Source: Takakia lepidozioides
Lineage: Eukaryota > Plantae > Bryophyta
Assembly: GCA_030704615.1 (NCBI GenBank)
Contig: JAKLZA010000271.1
Location: 1 to 10,415, forward strand
DNA: 10,415 nucleotides
Direction: 5' to 3'
The notes under the pieces are model-generated. The model was not told the origin of the DNA and searched no databases. It worked only from the letters and a program-made list of their open reading frames with translations. Made by a program: the position numbers and the translations under genes. Shown here piece by piece: positions 8,348-10,415 of the stretch; the first letter of the stretch is position 1; every line of letters starts with the position of its first letter.

Positions 8348-9032
8348 CCTACACCCTTCCTCCAATGTGTTGCAGCCTCTGTGGCATACTTCTTCAAGAT
8401 TTCTTCCAATTTTTTTTCATAGTTATCCCTCTTCAACTTCTCCTTTCTCTTACTCTTTCTTTTTAGTTTCTTGCTCTTCTTCTTCATCTGACTCATCCTC
8501 AGAGTCCTCATCTTCTTTTTTCTCTCTCCTGAGCATTACCAATTGCTCTTCTGTTCGCAGTTTCAAATGCCTCCTCCACTGTATTATGGGGTAACATATC
8601 CACTTTCTTTTGCAACTCTGGTCTTAATCCACTCACAAACCAAGTCTTCTGTAAACCGGGCGCTGGTACTGCAGCCAGTTTTTCATCATCAATTCCATCT
8701 TCTCATATACTCTTCAACAGTTTCATGCTTCTTCTTCTGCTTCAGCTGTTGTAACTTCCATACCACTTCATCCTCAGTTTTACTTGTCCTGAACCTATTC
8801 GAAATGCTGTATTCAAGCCATTCCAGGTTAGGAAATGATTATCAGGGAATCTTGCATACCATTCACTTGCTTTCTTGATAAGTGTAACAAGGAAACAGTC
8901 TCATCTTGGCATCATCGCCATTCTCATTGTTCCTATACACATGTGCTCAAATTGGCTAATGTGTACCAATCGGATCCCCTTTTCCTGAATATATGGAAAG
9001 GGTGGTTTTGCCCGTGTTGGTTGTAACGCCAT

Positions 9033-10415
9033 CTGTGGCCCTAACCTTCTGCCCACTTGACAGGTGCTGGCACCCTTGCTGGTGCTGGTCCTTCTGGACC
9101 TTTTTTTTTGTGGTGGATCTTCCACCAAGTGGTGGCCCTTGAGCACTCCTTGCTTCTGGTCCCACGATTTCACAGTATTCCTAGCTTCAGTTGCACACTA
9201 CTTCCCACACTCCCTGTCCCCCCAGAACCAGATCCAGGCAGCCCGCCTGATCCCCCTGAGCCGACACCTTCGTTGGCCTGTGATCCAAGTGCTCCACTTG
9301 ATCCAGGTCCAACGGGTTGGGATGTCCTGTTGTAGTCTCAATCAACCTCAGCTGTTGGGTCTACTTCTCACTTCTCCTCTTCTAATTTCTTCTCTCTGTT
9401 TTCATCCTCCAAGTTCTGCCCTGGTTTCTTCTTCACTCATGTAACTCACTGTAATGTTGTTGGAAGTCGAACTCTCCGTTGGCTCTGCCACATCCTCTTC
9501 TCTCCTTCTTCTTTCTGCTTCAGAAACTGGAGTTCCTGCTTTTGGTGTTCCATGCCAACTCTTATCAAAGATTTCTTTCAAGTCTTTTATCGAAGGATGT
9601 ACCTCAGATCTTTCACCACCTCGTGATTGGATCTTCTTCCTGTACCAATTCCCTTAATCTTTCTTGCAAAGAAACAGAAGGGTGGCATCCAACTCTAGTT
9701 CTTCTTTGTTTTCCGGTATAGTTATGCACTTTTTGATCTTGATGGTGTGAGAGGTCCCAGATGATTCCCCTAGGTCTATTCTCTCTCCCAAAGATATGGA
9801 TAATTGCTTTCGATAGCTTTCTCTATCTCTTTCGGCTAGCTTCTCTTTCATACTCATTCCATGTCCCATGTCTTGCTTTCTTTCTTTTAATGTGGCAATA
9901 ACAAACTCTCTTCTGTAATATCTCTCGTATATGCCTGGGTTTCTTTCAAGCTTCAATGCACCCTTGGCTATACTTGAAGTCTCCGTTACCATATAACCAT
10001 ATGGCAAACAGTCTGAAAAGCTGTTCTTGGTGTGAGTTTTGATCCACAAAATATCCTTTGGAATCCAATTCTTTACCAGTACAAGCTCTTCATGCATATG
10101 AGTTAAACTTCACCTTTCTTTCTTCCCAGCCTTCAAACTCCTACTCGTTTATGGATATCAACGCTATCACATAAACCAATGTTGGTAACCAACGTGCTCT
10201 TCCTCTACAGGCTCCTGATAAATCTTTATCACTACCCTTTCTCCAGACCCCATTCTGGATCAGCATCATGCACCGTTTTTAAGAAATATTTTTCTTTACA
10301 TACATCGTCTGGCAATTCCAAGAACCTTTGAAAGGAATCTTTTGGTACGCTGATCCTCTTTCCCTTTCTTCTGCCTTCGTTTCCCACATGAATTTGATTC
10401 ACTTCAAATTCTTTA
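9033..10415 (-). pseudogene. Frameshifted coding-like sequence upstream of the Gag core (long Gag N-terminal extension or 5' extra ORF)
   Basis: Abutting minus-strand open segments: KEFEVNQIHVGNEGRRKGKRISVPKDSFQRFLELPDDVCKEKYFLKTVHDADPEWGLEK, RVVIKIYQEPVEEEHVGYQHWF, ORF 9654..10097, GNWYRKKIQSRGGERSEVHPSIKDLKEIFDKSW...EEETRAEL, and a G/S-rich tract GPGSSGALGSQANEGVGSGGSGGLPGSGSGG. It has the same purine-rich strand bias as gag-pol. Confidence 0.6.

Larger units (their letters stand above)
7900..9032 (-). pseudogene. gag: Gag core (capsid-like domain plus nucleocapsid), multiply frameshifted as sequenced
   Basis: Manual frame-joining from the ATG at 9032 gives MALQPTRAKPPFP.YSGKGDP..HISQFEHMC...DDAKMRLFP.TLIKKASEWYARFPDNHFLTWNGLNTAF.NRFRTSKTEDEVVWKLQQLKQKKKHETVEEYMRRW, containing an MHR-like LKQ...E.VEEY. 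This is followed by an acidic/lysine tract and CCHC knuckles. The start is uncertain because coding-like sequence continues upstream. Confidence 0.85.
1..10415 (-). mobile_element. Ty3/Gypsy LTR retrotransposon, internal region (non-chromovirus, Athila/Phygy/Selgy-like); both ends lie outside the window
   Basis: The domain order Gag-PR-RT-RH-INT on the minus strand is diagnostic of Ty3/Gypsy. Motifs KKDPFPLPF, KWGLDFVGP and TKWVEAKAL are typical of plant non-chromovirus elements. No LTR pair is visible. The lineage call is less certain than the superfamily call. Confidence 0.97.

Noticed and set aside
7591-9109. Programmed ribosomal frameshift at the A9 runs (7591-7599, 9101-9109 on the minus strand)
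   Set aside because: With so many scattered indels a programmed site cannot be distinguished, and the runs lie in Lys-rich coding tracts.
657-9721. Numerous plus-strand ORFs (60-136 aa)
   Set aside because: They are antisense shadows of minus-strand coding sequence (S/F/L/C-rich) with no recognisable motifs.

Overview
The whole window is the internal region of one plant Ty3/Gypsy (Metaviridae) LTR retrotransposon on the minus strand. Neither LTR, PBS nor PPT is visible. Read 5'->3' on the element (10415->1), it contains: (1) about 1.4 kb of unexplained frameshifted coding sequence upstream of the Gag core; (2) Gag with three CCHC knuckles and an RGNYQGN repeat; (3) aspartic protease (DGG), RT (FLDD), RNase H and integrase (HHCC, DDE, GPY/F), with no chromodomain and no extra archaeal-type RNase H, which points to a non-chromovirus Athila/Phygy/Selgy-like element; (4) a 10-bp/30-bp tandem array; (5) a CpG-rich spacer with a G-box, a site-II motif and a hairpin; (6) a very large same-strand extra ORF. 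The two called ORFs 1310-2989 and 275-1303 are one in-frame unit split by a single TAA, and an uncalled open frame continues off the left edge. The predicted protein (about 1000 aa or more) has no evident transmembrane segment but has NLS-like and SIM-like motifs and a long coiled coil, so it looks like a nuclear accessory factor rather than an envelope. Pol catalytic motifs are intact and most pol breaks are single-base losses in short base runs, which may be sequencing error rather than decay. All family assignments come from motif recognition, not database searches.
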